Of a stretch of 64,000 nucleotides of DNA, positions 28,008 through 38,647 are shown piece after piece. This DNA is from Candidatus Poribacteria bacterium (lineage in GTDB: Bacteria; Poribacteria; WGA-4E; WGA-3G), in NCBI GenBank assembly GCA_965215265.1, contig OZ244048.1:4384001-4448000 (forward strand), written 5' to 3'. The stretch's first letter is position 1. Every line of letters begins with the position of its first letter. The notes beneath the pieces were generated by a model that was not told where the DNA came from, did not search any database, and saw only the letters and a program-made list of their open reading frames with translations. A program made the position numbers and the translations under genes.

Positions 28008-29231
28008 TTACCCGGTGAGTAATTGGTTTGCCTCAAAGATCGGCAGAATCATTGCGACAGCGATAAACCCGATGATTAAACCCATCAATAGGATTACCAG
28101 GGGACCGATAGACCCGGTTAGCCGATCGAGGCTCTTCTTAATTTCTACATCGTAGTATTCAGAAAGTTTGCTGAGCATGCTGGCCGGTTCGCCCGATTCC
28201 TCGCCGACTGCTATCATTTGTGTGACAAACTCCGGAAAATCGCTATTTCTTTCAAGTTCCCGGGCGAGTGTTGAGCCCTGCTCAACAGCTTTTTCTGCCT
28301 CAGCAACCGCATTACTGTAAACTTTATTTCCGATTGTATCTTTTGCAACTTGGAGTGCAGGCAGCATTCGCACACCGTTCTGCAAAAGGGTTGTCATCGT
28401 GCGGGTGAATCGAACAATGGCGAAGGTACTAAAAATCGAACCGACGAGGGGCAGCCGTATTTTCAGTCTGTCAAACCAGACTTGTCCTGGCTCTGTTTGG
28501 AGTACTTGCCGTATTCCAACGGCCCCGATGATAATGATAATTCCTACTATCCACCAATATTGCGTAACGACATCTGTTGTGTTAATCAGCACTTGTGTTG
28601 GAAGCGGGAGTGCTACGCCCATATCTTCAAACATCGCAGTGAATTGTGGAACAACAACAATCATGAGAATGGTAACTGCGGTGATACTTAGCGTTAAGAG
28701 AATAGCAGGATAGAAGAGAGCCGAAATAACATCATTTTTCAGAATGCGCTGACGTTCGGCAAATCCTGCCAATCGTTCAAGCACTAATCCAAGCACGCCG
28801 CCACTTTCACCGGCTTTAACCATATTGATATAGAGATTTGAGAAGACTTTAGGGTGTTGGTTCAATGCATCGTTAAACGTCGCACCATGCTCAACATCGT
28901 ATTTGACTTGTGAAACGATTCGATGGAGTGCTGGGCTCTGGATTTGGCCTAGAGTGACCTCTAACGCTCTCGGCAGTGCGACATGGGCGTTTAGCAACGT
29001 TGAAAGTTGATAAGTAAAGAATTCAACATCGGCCGATTTAACTTTGCCTCTGCCAATTTGAAGCCAACGCATGAAGCTGCTTTGCGTTTCTTCAGCTTCT
29101 TCAGCAATTTGTGTAGGCCAATAGCCCATCTGCCTTAAGCGTGAGATAAGTTCCGCTTTTGAGTCGGCTTCCAATGTATTTTTTACGGTGTCCCCGCCGT
29201 GGGTGAGTGCTTCATATCGAAAGATAGGCAT
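28008..29231 (-). CDS. gspF: T2SS inner membrane platform protein
   Basis: MVKAGESGG, ALFYP, MIAVGEESG, AMILPIF. Confidence 0.95.
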   Translation of the reverse strand: MPIFRYEALTHGGDTVKNTLEADSKAELISRLRQMGYWPTQIAEEAEETQSSFMRWLQIGRGKVKSADVEFFTYQLSTLLNAHVALPRALEVTLGQIQSPALHRIVSQVKYDVEHGATFNDALNQHPKVFSNLYINMVKAGESGGVLGLVLERLAGFAERQRILKNDVISALFYPAILLTLSITAVTILMIVVVPQFTAMFEDMGVALPLPTQVLINTTDVVTQYWWIVGIIIIIGAVGIRQVLQTEPGQVWFDRLKIRLPLVGSIFSTFAIVRFTRTMTTLLQNGVRMLPALQVAKDTIGNKVYSNAVAEAEKAVEQGSTLARELERNSDFPEFVTQMIAVGEESGEPASMLSKLSEYYDVEIKKSLDRLTGSIGPLVILLMGLIIGFIAVAMILPIFEANQLLTG

Positions 29232-29270
29232 CTATGTTTTCTCGCGCTGTAGCTTGTAGGCAGCTGCGTT

Positions 29271-29618
29271 CTTTTATATATCTCCGTACCATTAACGCTT
29301 CTGCTTTGATGGCTCGTGTATAAATCTCGTCGGAGGCTCCTGATGTTTAGATTCAATCTTTTATATATCTCCGTACCATTAACGCTTCTGCTTTGATGGC
29401 TCGTGTGTAAATCTCGTCGGAGGCTCCTGATGTTTAGATTCAATCTTTTATATATCTCCGTACCATCAACGCTTCTGCTTTGATGGCTCGTGTATAAATC
29501 TCGTCGGAGGCTCCTGATGTTTAGATTCAATCTTTTATATATCTTCGTACCATCAACGCTTCTACTTTGATGGCTCGTGTATAAATCTCGTCGGAGGCTC
29601 CTGATGTTTAGATTCAAT
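29271..29618 (-). repeat. Tandem array of four 87-bp units (gspE-gspF spacer)
   Basis: Units start at 29271, 29358, 29445 and 29532 and differ by only a few substitutions. Confidence 0.95.
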
Positions 29619-29622
29619 AATC

Positions 29623-31377
29623 CTACAGTACTTCTCCGAAATCAAGTTCGTCTTCTTGTGTCAACCGTAGTACTTCGTCAACGGTTGTAGCCCCGGCAGT
29701 GACTTTTCGCCAGCCATCCTCACGAAGGGTTTTCATGCCTAATTTCACCGCGAGCCGCCGAATGTCGCTGGTTGAGGCTTGCTTTAGTGCCGTTGCACGG
29801 AGTTCTTCACCCATGAATAGAACCTCAAAAATCCCAATTCTACCTTTATATCCTCTGCCGCTGCACTCCTTACACCCCACGGCTCTCGGAATTTTCAAAT
29901 CTGCTGGCAAATGCCCTTTGTTGGTATTAAAAATTTCGGCAATTTCGTTCGTATCGGGTTCGTACATTTCGCAACACGCCAGACAGACGCGACGGGCAAG
30001 TCTCTGCGCAATGATTCCTTCCACTGTTGAGGCCACGAGATAGGGCTCAACCTTCATATCAATAAGCCGTGTGATCGCGCCTGGGGCATCGTTGGTGTGG
30101 AGCGTACTAAAGACGAGGTGTCCTGTTAGAGCCGTGTGAATTGCCATCTCTGCAGTTTCATAATCCCGAATTTCGCCTACCAGCACCTTATCCGGGTCTT
30201 GACGTAAAATATGCCTGAGTCCGGCCGCAAAGGTAAATTCGATATCCGGATTGACCTGGATTTGGTTAATTCCTTCTAATTCGTATTCTACGGGGTCTTC
30301 AAGCGTGATAATTTTAACGTCCGGCGTGTTAATCTCTTTCAAACATGCGTAGAGGGACGTTGTTTTTCCACTGCCTGTAGGCCCTGTGGCGAGGATGATA
30401 CCGTGCGGTTTACGAATCATCCGGTGAAAGAGGGCGAGATTGTCTTCCGTTAATCCGAGTTCTGCTAAGCCAAAATCAATTGACTGCCGATCAAGAATTC
30501 TGAGCACGACACTCTCGCTGTGAAGTGTTGCGACGGTAGGGACGGTGGAGACACGGAGATCTATTTGCCGGTTACCGACGCTGCCGATTTGCCGGTTAAT
30601 TTTTCCATCTTGTGGACGGCGACGTTCAGCCACATCCATACCGGCCATAATCTTAATTCGTGAGATGATTGCAGACTGAAGATATGCCGGTGGATGTGGT
30701 TGGTCTTCTAAGACACCATCCACACGGAACCTGATTTTGAGTTGCGTCGGATACGGTTCAATGTGGATATCACTTGCCCCCATTCTAACAGCATCGATGA
30801 TCATCTGGTCAACAGCATTTATAACTGTTGGGTCTTGGCTGAGATCTTTCTCGTCAATACCGAAATCATCAATAGTTTCACGTGCAAAAATTTCGGTTTC
30901 ACCCACTGGCCCCTTAATCCCTGCGCTCATCAGACTATCTGCTGTTCGTCCATAAAATCTAACGATCGCATCATCTATTTCAGCCTCATCGGCGAGGACC
31001 GGCATAATCTGACAGTTGGTGATAAGTTGAATTTCATCAATCAATACGATGTTTAGGACATCCGCCATAGCCACTGTAAGGATATCTGAATCCAATTCAA
31101 TCGGCACAATCTTATTTCGATAGGCAAAGCCAGGGGATACTTTTTCAAGTGCTGCTTGTTCGGGCGTTATACCCTCCAATTGAATGCACGGGGTACCGGA
31201 CTCAACGCTCTTTGTAGCGAGTTCCAGAGCTTCAGGTGTTACGTGCTTCGCGAGTACTGTTGTATCAGGGGCACCACTCTCTTTAATTTCTGCTAAGATT
31301 TGTTCGTACTCTTGTTCGGAGATTAGTGTTGCCTGCCGCATCACGTCAACAAGTGAATTATTTAGAATATTTTGCAT
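29623..31377 (-). CDS. gspE: T2SS/T4P assembly ATPase
   Basis: ASDIHIEP, GPTGSGKTT, LEDPVEY, LRQDPD, STLHTND, tetracysteine motif. Confidence 0.95.
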   Translation of the reverse strand: MQNILNNSLVDVMRQATLISEQEYEQILAEIKESGAPDTTVLAKHVTPEALELATKSVESGTPCIQLEGITPEQAALEKVSPGFAYRNKIVPIELDSDILTVAMADVLNIVLIDEIQLITNCQIMPVLADEAEIDDAIVRFYGRTADSLMSAGIKGPVGETEIFARETIDDFGIDEKDLSQDPTVINAVDQMIIDAVRMGASDIHIEPYPTQLKIRFRVDGVLEDQPHPPAYLQSAIISRIKIMAGMDVAERRRPQDGKINRQIGSVGNRQIDLRVSTVPTVATLHSESVVLRILDRQSIDFGLAELGLTEDNLALFHRMIRKPHGIILATGPTGSGKTTSLYACLKEINTPDVKIITLEDPVEYELEGINQIQVNPDIEFTFAAGLRHILRQDPDKVLVGEIRDYETAEMAIHTALTGHLVFSTLHTNDAPGAITRLIDMKVEPYLVASTVEGIIAQRLARRVCLACCEMYEPDTNEIAEIFNTNKGHLPADLKIPRAVGCKECSGRGYKGRIGIFEVLFMGEELRATALKQASTSDIRRLAVKLGMKTLREDGWRKVTAGATTVDEVLRLTQEDELDFGEVL

Positions 31378-31611
31378 TTTAGCGATTCCTGTCGGCGGTT
31401 CTTATTCATATCCGTCCGCTCTTCAAGTTTTTTTATTTAGTTCGCTACAAATAAATGTGTGTTTCAGGGTTATAACTTAAGACGTTTATGGAGATTGATA
31501 AGTTTAACAAATAATGTCTAAACGCAACTGTAGATATCAGAAACTTCTAATTGCGAGAAAGGTGACCGCCGTTTTATACGGCCCTCTTGAAACCTGTCAT
31601 TCAGAAAAAGG

Positions 31612-32802
31612 CTATTTTGCCTTCTCGATTCGCCGGATTGCGGTTTTCGCAGACTTACGCACACGCGAAGAAGTATCGTTCAGTGCAATCTTCAACGCTT
31701 CTAACACTTCCGGAAGTGTAGCCCGCATTTCGCCCAGTTCATCAGCAGCGTTCCGCCGTACATCATCAGAGGTATCCGTTAGTGCTTGCAACAGTGCGGG
31801 TACAACTATGCTAACCGCGTTTCCTGATTCTCCTAGGGCACCAAGCACATCAACAATGGCCCCACGTGTTAACGCGCTTTCACTGTTCTTAAGTGCACTT
31901 GCTAACATCGGGGCAAGAGTTGTATGAGCCTGTTTACCGAGTTCAATTAGTGCGCCCTCTGCTTTCTCTCGCACAGATTTCGAACTGTCTGCTAGTGCCC
32001 CTATTAATGCAGTAAGGGTTTCAGCCGAAACGGTTTGAATATCAGACAACTCATCTATCGCATTTGTTCGCACTTTAGTGGAGTTATCACTGAGGCTTGA
32101 GATCAGAGCATCGCGTATCGTATCAGTGTTTTGGCCACTGGCGCTTGCTAGTTCGCCGATGCGCCCGAGCACATCTAGGACTTCTGCGCGTTGGCTTGAG
32201 GACCCCTTAGTCCGCACTGCGATTAACGCAGGCACGACAATCTCAATGGATGTAGATGATTGGATGCGGACATCATCTAGCTCTTCAAGTGCTTCGTCGC
32301 GAACCTTGGCAGAGGTGTCGCCCAGTGCCTTTGCCAGGCCAATAGCAGCTGCATCCGTACTTCGCCCTGCTTTTCTCTCATGTTCTCCAATCTCACCTAA
32401 CGCGTCAACAGCTTTCTCGCGGATTCGTACAGACGAATCATTGAGCATTTCAGTCAGCGCAGCGATGCCGGCACTGCCAATTTCTTCGAGGAAATCCAAA
32501 AATTGGCGTTTCACTTTGTCCGATTCGTCCGCCAACGTTGGAACAATCTGTTTGAGCAGTTCTGACTGCCATTGGGCATTGAGTCCAGCTTGCTTCGCTT
32601 TAAGTGCGTTGAATTCCTCACGGAGTTGTGCCAAACTTTCCTTTTCTGATTCCGCATGCACCGCATTAAATTGAGGTAATTGGCTAATTCCAAAACCGAG
32701 CAGTCCCCCTATGACAATCACTATTATTGATGATGTATGTTTCGCAAACGTGCCTACCAGTCTCTTATAGGACTGATTGAACTTAAACTGTTTATGGTTC
32801 AC
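31612..32802 (-). CDS. Membrane-anchored HEAT-repeat protein
   Basis: N-terminal TM, repeated L.D.S..VR..A...LG motifs. Confidence 0.85.
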   Translation of the reverse strand: MNHKQFKFNQSYKRLVGTFAKHTSSIIVIVIGGLLGFGISQLPQFNAVHAESEKESLAQLREEFNALKAKQAGLNAQWQSELLKQIVPTLADESDKVKRQFLDFLEEIGSAGIAALTEMLNDSSVRIREKAVDALGEIGEHERKAGRSTDAAAIGLAKALGDTSAKVRDEALEELDDVRIQSSTSIEIVVPALIAVRTKGSSSQRAEVLDVLGRIGELASASGQNTDTIRDALISSLSDNSTKVRTNAIDELSDIQTVSAETLTALIGALADSSKSVREKAEGALIELGKQAHTTLAPMLASALKNSESALTRGAIVDVLGALGESGNAVSIVVPALLQALTDTSDDVRRNAADELGEMRATLPEVLEALKIALNDTSSRVRKSAKTAIRRIEKAK

Positions 32803-32849
32803 TTATTGTTCCCTCCTTATTGATTTTCGCATCAAGTTTTTCCAATACG

Positions 32850-32901
32850 TCATGGTACTTTATTTTTCACGTGCTTCATGGTACTTTATTTTTCACGTGC
32901 T
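32850..32901. repeat. 26-bp tandem duplication within a probably degraded small membrane-protein gene (about 32795-33044, minus)
   Basis: tcatggtactttatttttcacgtgct x2; an upstream minus frame reads KYWILLTVFLVVIAGVLVY. Confidence 0.65.
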
Positions 32902-33408
32902 TCTTCGACTTTGTCCATCTTTATCGAGGGTTTGGGGGTATGTGTCGCGAGCCGGTAAACCAAAACACCTGCAATGACGACGAGAAACACCGTGAGAAGT
33001 ATCCAATATTTTAGAAGTCTGGTGTTTGTGCGGCGAGTCTTCATGCTCAATGCCCCTTGTATGAGATAGAACAGTGTCTATTCTATCACGGCGGCGTGGT
33101 GTCCACCAAATTGACGTAATATATTATACCCAATTCGCAAAGAATGTCAACTTTTTTGAAAAAAGGACTGCCACCGCAGCCCTCCTGATCGGCATGGGTG
33201 TGTCTGTCAGGCGAGATTTTACCAGAAACCGACACACCTTCCCTGACTTTTTCCAGATGAAACTTAAAAAATGGTGGGGAAGTGAGATTTTTCTGTGAAC
33301 GTTTCGTGTTGATTTATAGATTAATTTTTGGTAAAATACGCAGTACCCTGATACCTAACTGTGTTAAAGCAAACGAAAATTTTTAAGCGGAGGCTCAGCT
33401 ACGAAAAG

Positions 33409-33906
33409 ATGAAAACAGTTCTTATCTTGCGGCATGCGAAATCGAGTTGGAATGCTCCGGAGCTCTTTGATTATGATCGGCCGCTCAACAAGCGCGGTAA
33501 ACGAGCGGCACCCCGCATGGGGTACCATCTGCGCGAACAAGGGTTAATTCCGGACCTAATTCTGAGTTCATCGGCGAAACGTGCAAGGAAAACTGCTGCG
33601 AAGGTCGCGAAAGCTTGCGGTTACGATGGGAAACCAGAGCTACTGGATGCCTTTTATCTCGCACCGCCGGGTGTTTACTTTGAAACCTTGCAGGCACTGC
33701 CGGATACGTATCAATGCGTGATGGTAGTTGGGCATAACCCGACGATGGAAGAACTGGTTATGCACCTAACAGAGCAGATTGAACGGATGCCGACCGCGGC
33801 GCTCGCCTACGTTACGCTTCCTATAAAGCAGTGGAAAGTGCTCGATTTTGCTACAAGAGGAACCTTAGTCAACCTATGGACACCCAAAACCCTTTTTTCG
33901 GATTGA
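33409..33906 (+). CDS. sixA: SixA-type histidine phosphatase
   Basis: LRHAKS, DRPLNKRG, SSSAKRA, VGHNP, MPTA. Confidence 0.88.
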   Translation: MKTVLILRHAKSSWNAPELFDYDRPLNKRGKRAAPRMGYHLREQGLIPDLILSSSAKRARKTAAKVAKACGYDGKPELLDAFYLAPPGVYFETLQALPDTYQCVMVVGHNPTMEELVMHLTEQIERMPTAALAYVTLPIKQWKVLDFATRGTLVNLWTPKTLFSD

Positions 33907-35246
33907 GCTGCCTATCAGTCGGATTCATGCTCTTGTGTACGTTGGCATCTGCGGAAACAGCGGTGTCTACTGCAATAGACGGTCAATTTTTACCGTGGGT
34001 AGTAGCGGATGGCGCGGGGGGCGTTATAGTAATGTGGGAGGACTATCGCACGGGTAAAGATTGGGACGTTTATGCGCAGCGCGTAGATAGCAGCGGGAGA
34101 ACACGTTGGGAGTCGGATGGGTTAGCGCTCTGCATAGCGGATAGGAACCAACGTCGGTTACGAGTGATTCGGCACGAGTCGCACGCGATCGTCCTCTGGA
34201 ATGATAGGCGTGATAGAACAAATTGGGATATCTATGCTCAGGCAGTGGAGCTTGGAGGCGAGGTGCGATGGCAAAAGGATGGCGTTCCGGTCTGTACGAA
34301 CAGTGCTGACCAGTCGACTCAAGCGATTTTGAGCGATGGCGAAGGCGGTGCTATCTGTGTGTGGGAAGATGAGCGTAGAAGTTCTGAATTCCAAGATCTC
34401 TACATTCAACGGATTAATCGGGGAGGCGAACGGATGTGGGAGAAGGATGGCATTCCGGTCTTTCCATCGGACTCGTTGCAAAGCGACCCGATTCTGGTTG
34501 CTGATGGTTTAGGCGGATTTTATATTGTGTGGTGGGATGTGATTGGGTATGATGCCTGGCACATTATGGCGCATCGGCTGCGTTTAGATGGTAGCGCGTT
34601 GTGGGATGCGCCACGTCTTATCTCACCGTCGGAGGGGATGCAGGGGGAACCGCGCGTGATAGCGGATGGTACCGGTGGCATTATTGTGCTTTGGCAGGTT
34701 TATGAGAATTTTATTAACGACGAGCTCTACGCGCAGCGGGTGTCGCCGGATGGCAGCAAGGTATGGGACGAAAACGGCATTCCTGTTTGCACTGCGCCGG
34801 GCATTCAGAAGCATGCTTCGGTTTCGAGTGATGGCGTTGGTGGGTTTATCGTTGTCTGGCGCGATGAGCGTGATGTGTACTCCGACCTGTACGTGCAGCG
34901 CGTCACTGCGGACGGGAAGGTTGTGTGGCAAAAAGACGGTGTCCCGCTCTGCACCGCCGGGGGGCATCAGGACAAGCCGTTTATTGTGCAAACTGAAGAA
35001 ACTCGCTTTTTCGTAGGATGGCTGGACTACCGGGAGGATTTTGGTGATGAGAACCGTGATGCCATATACGGGCAGCAAATTGACTTAAATGGAGAGAGGT
35101 TATGGGAGGAAAACGGGCGGGCGATCTCTGTGAGTGAAGGGAGACATTATCCGCCATTTGTGGTATCTACTGGTGACGGACATTGGGCTGTGGTTTGGAG
35201 TAATAACCGACGGGATAATGGGGATATTTATCTTGAACAGTTTTGA
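33876..35246 (+). CDS. Secreted beta-propeller-like repeat protein
   Basis: Signal peptide; about 7 repeats of DG.GG....W.D.R....DIYAQR....G...W. Confidence 0.8.
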   Translation: MDTQNPFFGLSCLSVGFMLLCTLASAETAVSTAIDGQFLPWVVADGAGGVIVMWEDYRTGKDWDVYAQRVDSSGRTRWESDGLALCIADRNQRRLRVIRHESHAIVLWNDRRDRTNWDIYAQAVELGGEVRWQKDGVPVCTNSADQSTQAILSDGEGGAICVWEDERRSSEFQDLYIQRINRGGERMWEKDGIPVFPSDSLQSDPILVADGLGGFYIVWWDVIGYDAWHIMAHRLRLDGSALWDAPRLISPSEGMQGEPRVIADGTGGIIVLWQVYENFINDELYAQRVSPDGSKVWDENGIPVCTAPGIQKHASVSSDGVGGFIVVWRDERDVYSDLYVQRVTADGKVVWQKDGVPLCTAGGHQDKPFIVQTEETRFFVGWLDYREDFGDENRDAIYGQQIDLNGERLWEENGRAISVSEGRHYPPFVVSTGDGHWAVVWSNNRRDNGDIYLEQF

Positions 35247-35288
35247 GCCTGCCATGGTGTTATCAGCGGGCTGCCTTATAAACTATTT

Positions 35289-37190
35289 TCAGCGTATTTC
35301 ACTCTCTGGCTGCGATTTGATTTCAATCAGGTGCGCGTCTTCTAATCCAGTGCGTACTTCCTCGTCATAACTGGTGACAATTACCTGGTGCTCTTTAGCA
35401 AGTTGTTGAATAAAGTCTACCATTAATGCTTTTCGTTGGGCATCTAAATGGAGCGTCGGGTCGTCGAAGACGAAGAATCCGGGGTTTCCTAAAACCTTAG
35501 CGAGTGCGACTTTAAAACAGAGATATAAAAACATCTTCTCGCTGCCGCTAAGGAGCATCAAGCTTCTATCTACGCCGTCGATCGTAAGCGATGGCAGGAG
35601 GTGTTGCCGCTGTAAGTCGACGCGTCCTTTGTCGAGTGAAGAGCCGAAGAGCTGCATGTTCTGAATCCATTGATGCAGCTCGAGTTCGACGGGCTCGAGG
35701 ATTTGATGCTGTAAGGTTTGTATGGTTTTGTCAATGCCATCACATGCGAGTTCAAGGCTGAGGCGTGTCTGTTGAGCTGCCGCTGCGGCCGTATTGACGC
35801 GCTGAAGTTCTTTGTGCCGGTCCAATCGGACGGCTTCTTTCTGTTTAAGCTGGTCAAGTCGTTTGCGCTCTTTGTCGATTTGTATTTTGAGTTGACTTTT
35901 GTCTACGGGACGGCCGGTTCGATTTCTGGGCTCGTCGGTTGCTTCTGCCGCGATGCCCCTTTCGCTGAGCCGTGCTTCTAATGTGGTGAGTTCGGTTTGA
36001 ATTTTGGGGATGGTTTGGGCAAGTTGTTCCGAGCGAGTTTGACGTGTGTGCAAAAGGCGTAGTCGTTGTTCAAGTACAGTTCGTGCGTTTAATTCCTCGC
36101 TCTGTTTGTCTAAAGTTTGTTCTTGTTCGTTGAGTTGTGTTTGCAATTCGGATTTTTGGGATTCTTTTTCGTCTATAATCCGTTGTACGACTTGAGGTTC
36201 GACTTTCTGGTAACAGGTTGGACAGTGTCCGCTGTTGTCTTGGAGAAGTCTGCGTAGGGTATCACAGATAGTTTGCAGGGTTGCGATGTGTGATTTGGTA
36301 CTGCCGATTTGTTGTATGAGAGCGTCGCGTTTTGCGTTGAGTCCAGTGGAGTCGTCGATGGCATTCTGAATTGTGTGTATCATCTCGCGGAGTTCGTCGC
36401 TATTGTTAAAACCACTTAGAACTTCAGTCTGCTCGTGCGCGAGGGCTGCGAGCTGTGTTTTCAACTGGTTTTGACGTTGCGTCCATTCGGCAATTAATTC
36501 GGTGTCGCTTGTGTGCGCGCCATATTCAGCTTCTAACTTTTTTATATTTTCTTCAATTTTCTGGATTTCAGCGGTGTGTGTTTGCTGTGCGCTGAATCTT
36601 AAGCTATTTTGATGTGAACGGATGCGGTTCTCTTCGCGCTTTGCGAGTCGGCGTGCGTCAATGAACCGCTCTCGGACGGCAATGAGTGTATCAATACCGA
36701 GGAGTGTATAGAGTATATCACGTCGGGTTGCGGATTGCCGTGCGAGGAATTCAAAGATTTCGCCTTCGCGTAGAAAGGCAGTCAAGGCGAGATGTTGATG
36801 TGCGAAACCGAAGCGCTTCTGCAATTCGGTTTCAACGACTGTGACGCGTTGCTCATCAAAAAGAATCTTCCAGCGAGAGTTTTGCTGCTGCTGTTCTCTT
36901 GCACGCAGCTGGATGCGTTTGGCCGTTGCGCGAAAAAGCTGGTACTGATAGCCGTTTCGGGCGAATTGGAGTCCTGCGGTTCCGGTATATGCGTTTGCAT
37001 GCTTCATCGCAGCGGCATCAATCCGTGGCACAATCGGTTTGCCTGTTAAGGTAAAAAAGATCGTATTGACAAGTGTGCTTTTGCCACTGAAGTTGGGTCC
37101 AAAAATCAAGTTAATGCCCTCAGTCAATTCAAAATCTTGTTTTCCGTGAAAGCAACCGAAATCTCTGAGGATGATCTTCTCTATGTACAT
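35289..37190 (-). CDS. SMC/Rad50 (SbcC-like) ATPase
   Basis: GPNFSGKST, coiled coils, CPTC zinc hook, LSGSEK signature, FVFDDPT. Confidence 0.88.
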   Translation of the reverse strand: MYIEKIILRDFGCFHGKQDFELTEGINLIFGPNFSGKSTLVNTIFFTLTGKPIVPRIDAAAMKHANAYTGTAGLQFARNGYQYQLFRATAKRIQLRAREQQQQNSRWKILFDEQRVTVVETELQKRFGFAHQHLALTAFLREGEIFEFLARQSATRRDILYTLLGIDTLIAVRERFIDARRLAKREENRIRSHQNSLRFSAQQTHTAEIQKIEENIKKLEAEYGAHTSDTELIAEWTQRQNQLKTQLAALAHEQTEVLSGFNNSDELREMIHTIQNAIDDSTGLNAKRDALIQQIGSTKSHIATLQTICDTLRRLLQDNSGHCPTCYQKVEPQVVQRIIDEKESQKSELQTQLNEQEQTLDKQSEELNARTVLEQRLRLLHTRQTRSEQLAQTIPKIQTELTTLEARLSERGIAAEATDEPRNRTGRPVDKSQLKIQIDKERKRLDQLKQKEAVRLDRHKELQRVNTAAAAAQQTRLSLELACDGIDKTIQTLQHQILEPVELELHQWIQNMQLFGSSLDKGRVDLQRQHLLPSLTIDGVDRSLMLLSGSEKMFLYLCFKVALAKVLGNPGFFVFDDPTLHLDAQRKALMVDFIQQLAKEHQVIVTSYDEEVRTGLEDAHLIEIKSQPESEIR

Positions 37191-37191
37191 G

Positions 37192-37398
37192 TTATATTTG
37201 CCGTTTGTTATGGATGAGGTCGTAGAGCATTTGTGCTCTGACCTTATCTTTTCCGTGTGTCAAGGTTAATTCAAAGGCATGCACAATTGTCTGAATTTCC
37301 GGGGTACCGAGGGTTTTATATTTGGGTTCGCGAAGACTGAGATTCTCAATTTCTCTTCTATAAATGTTCAGCGTTTCGTTTTCAAGCGGTGTGTCCAT
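37192..37398 (-). CDS. Small hypothetical protein
   Basis: AAGGAG RBS before ATG 37398; fills the gap in a co-directional operon. Confidence 0.6.
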   Translation of the reverse strand: MDTPLENETLNIYRREIENLSLREPKYKTLGTPEIQTIVHAFELTLTHGKDKVRAQMLYDLIHNKRQI

Positions 37399-37453
37399 AA
37401 CTGCTCCTTTGAGATCAAGATGGCCTGTTCGTCTGCTAGTGTGGCGGTGATAA

Positions 37454-38641
37454 TCAGATTTTTGCTTTAATCTGCATAAGCCGTTCCCCGGCTTCAATCA
37501 ACAGGTTATCGGCCATGCTGAACATAAACCGGAATTTGTTTTTGCCGAGTTGGGAACGACTATAGAAACTGGAGCCGGGAACGCCGCCGACACCAATCTC
37601 TTTGACAAGCCAATGTGCAAAGGCGGTGTCATCGGGGAACCCGAAGTCGGTGATATCGGTCATGATATAGTAAGCGCCTTCTGGAGGTTGACAAGCAAAA
37701 CCGGCCTTTGTAAGAGTGTTGACGAGTCTTTTTCTATTTTTGTCATATTTTTCGACGAGTTCACGATGATAAGTTGGCGGTAAATTGAGGGCGACGACCC
37801 CTGCCTGCTGGAGCGGGTGCGGTGCGCCGACTGTTAGGAAATCGTGCATTTTGCGGATGGCATTTGTCAGTTGTGCGGGTGCGACAACATAGCCTAATCG
37901 CCATCCGGTCATTGAGTATGCTTTGCTCAGGCCGGAGACGGTGATGGTCCGCACTTGCATCTGTGGTAAGGCCCCGATGCTGATATGCGGCATGTCATCG
38001 TATATCATGTGCTCGTAAATTTCGTCGGTGATGGCGAGACAGTCGTATTCACAACACAAATCGGCGATTTCCTGGAGTTCGTGTTGTGTAAAAACCTTGC
38101 CGAGCGGGTTATTGGGTGTGTTTACGATGATTGCTTTGGTGTTAGCGGTGAAGGCCTCTTGTAGTTCATCTGGTTCGTAAGTAAAGGTGCCGGTGCTATC
38201 CGTTGCAGCAGTTTCGCGTAGTGGGACATAGACCGGGGTGGCACCAGAGATAATTGTATCTGGCCCGTAGTTTTCATAAAAGGGCTCAAAGATGATGACT
38301 TCATCGCCGGGGTTAATAACAGCGAGCAGTGCAGATAGCATGCCCTCGGTTGAGCCGCAAGTAACGGTGACGTTTTTTGCGGCGTCGGTAGGGATGTGGT
38401 TTGCTGTTGTCATTTTGTGTGCGATTGCCTCGCGAAATGCGGGTGCGCCCCAGGTGATGCTATATTGGTTGTACCCATCTTGAATTGCTGCGATGGCGGC
38501 GGCTTTGACTTCATCTGGTGGTTGGTAAGCTGGTGTGCCTTGTGAGAGGTTAATTGCGTTGTACTGCAGGCAAAGCTGCGTCATACCTCGGATAACAGAT
38601 TCGGTGAAACGTGTGGATTTGTCTGACAGTTTAAATTGCAT
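37454..38641 (-). CDS. PLP-dependent aminotransferase class I/II
   Basis: NLSQG, NTPNNPLG, DEIYE, SKAYSMTGWRLG. Confidence 0.95.
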   Translation of the reverse strand: MQFKLSDKSTRFTESVIRGMTQLCLQYNAINLSQGTPAYQPPDEVKAAAIAAIQDGYNQYSITWGAPAFREAIAHKMTTANHIPTDAAKNVTVTCGSTEGMLSALLAVINPGDEVIIFEPFYENYGPDTIISGATPVYVPLRETAATDSTGTFTYEPDELQEAFTANTKAIIVNTPNNPLGKVFTQHELQEIADLCCEYDCLAITDEIYEHMIYDDMPHISIGALPQMQVRTITVSGLSKAYSMTGWRLGYVVAPAQLTNAIRKMHDFLTVGAPHPLQQAGVVALNLPPTYHRELVEKYDKNRKRLVNTLTKAGFACQPPEGAYYIMTDITDFGFPDDTAFAHWLVKEIGVGGVPGSSFYSRSQLGKNKFRFMFSMADNLLIEAGERLMQIKAKI

Positions 38642-38647
38642 GCGGGT

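Noticed and set aside
29183-29617. 144-aa repeat-protein ORF, and similar RRDLHTS..VDGTEIY ORFs at 16506, 45283, 47063 and 52612
   Set aside because: By-products of the 87-bp (3n) repeat; the same frame has stops in the copies at 21142, 23193 and 25933.
29271-29618. CRISPR array or TIGR-like guide array
   Set aside because: Units are near-identical over their whole 87 bp with no unique spacers, and no cas or Nop-domain gene is nearby.
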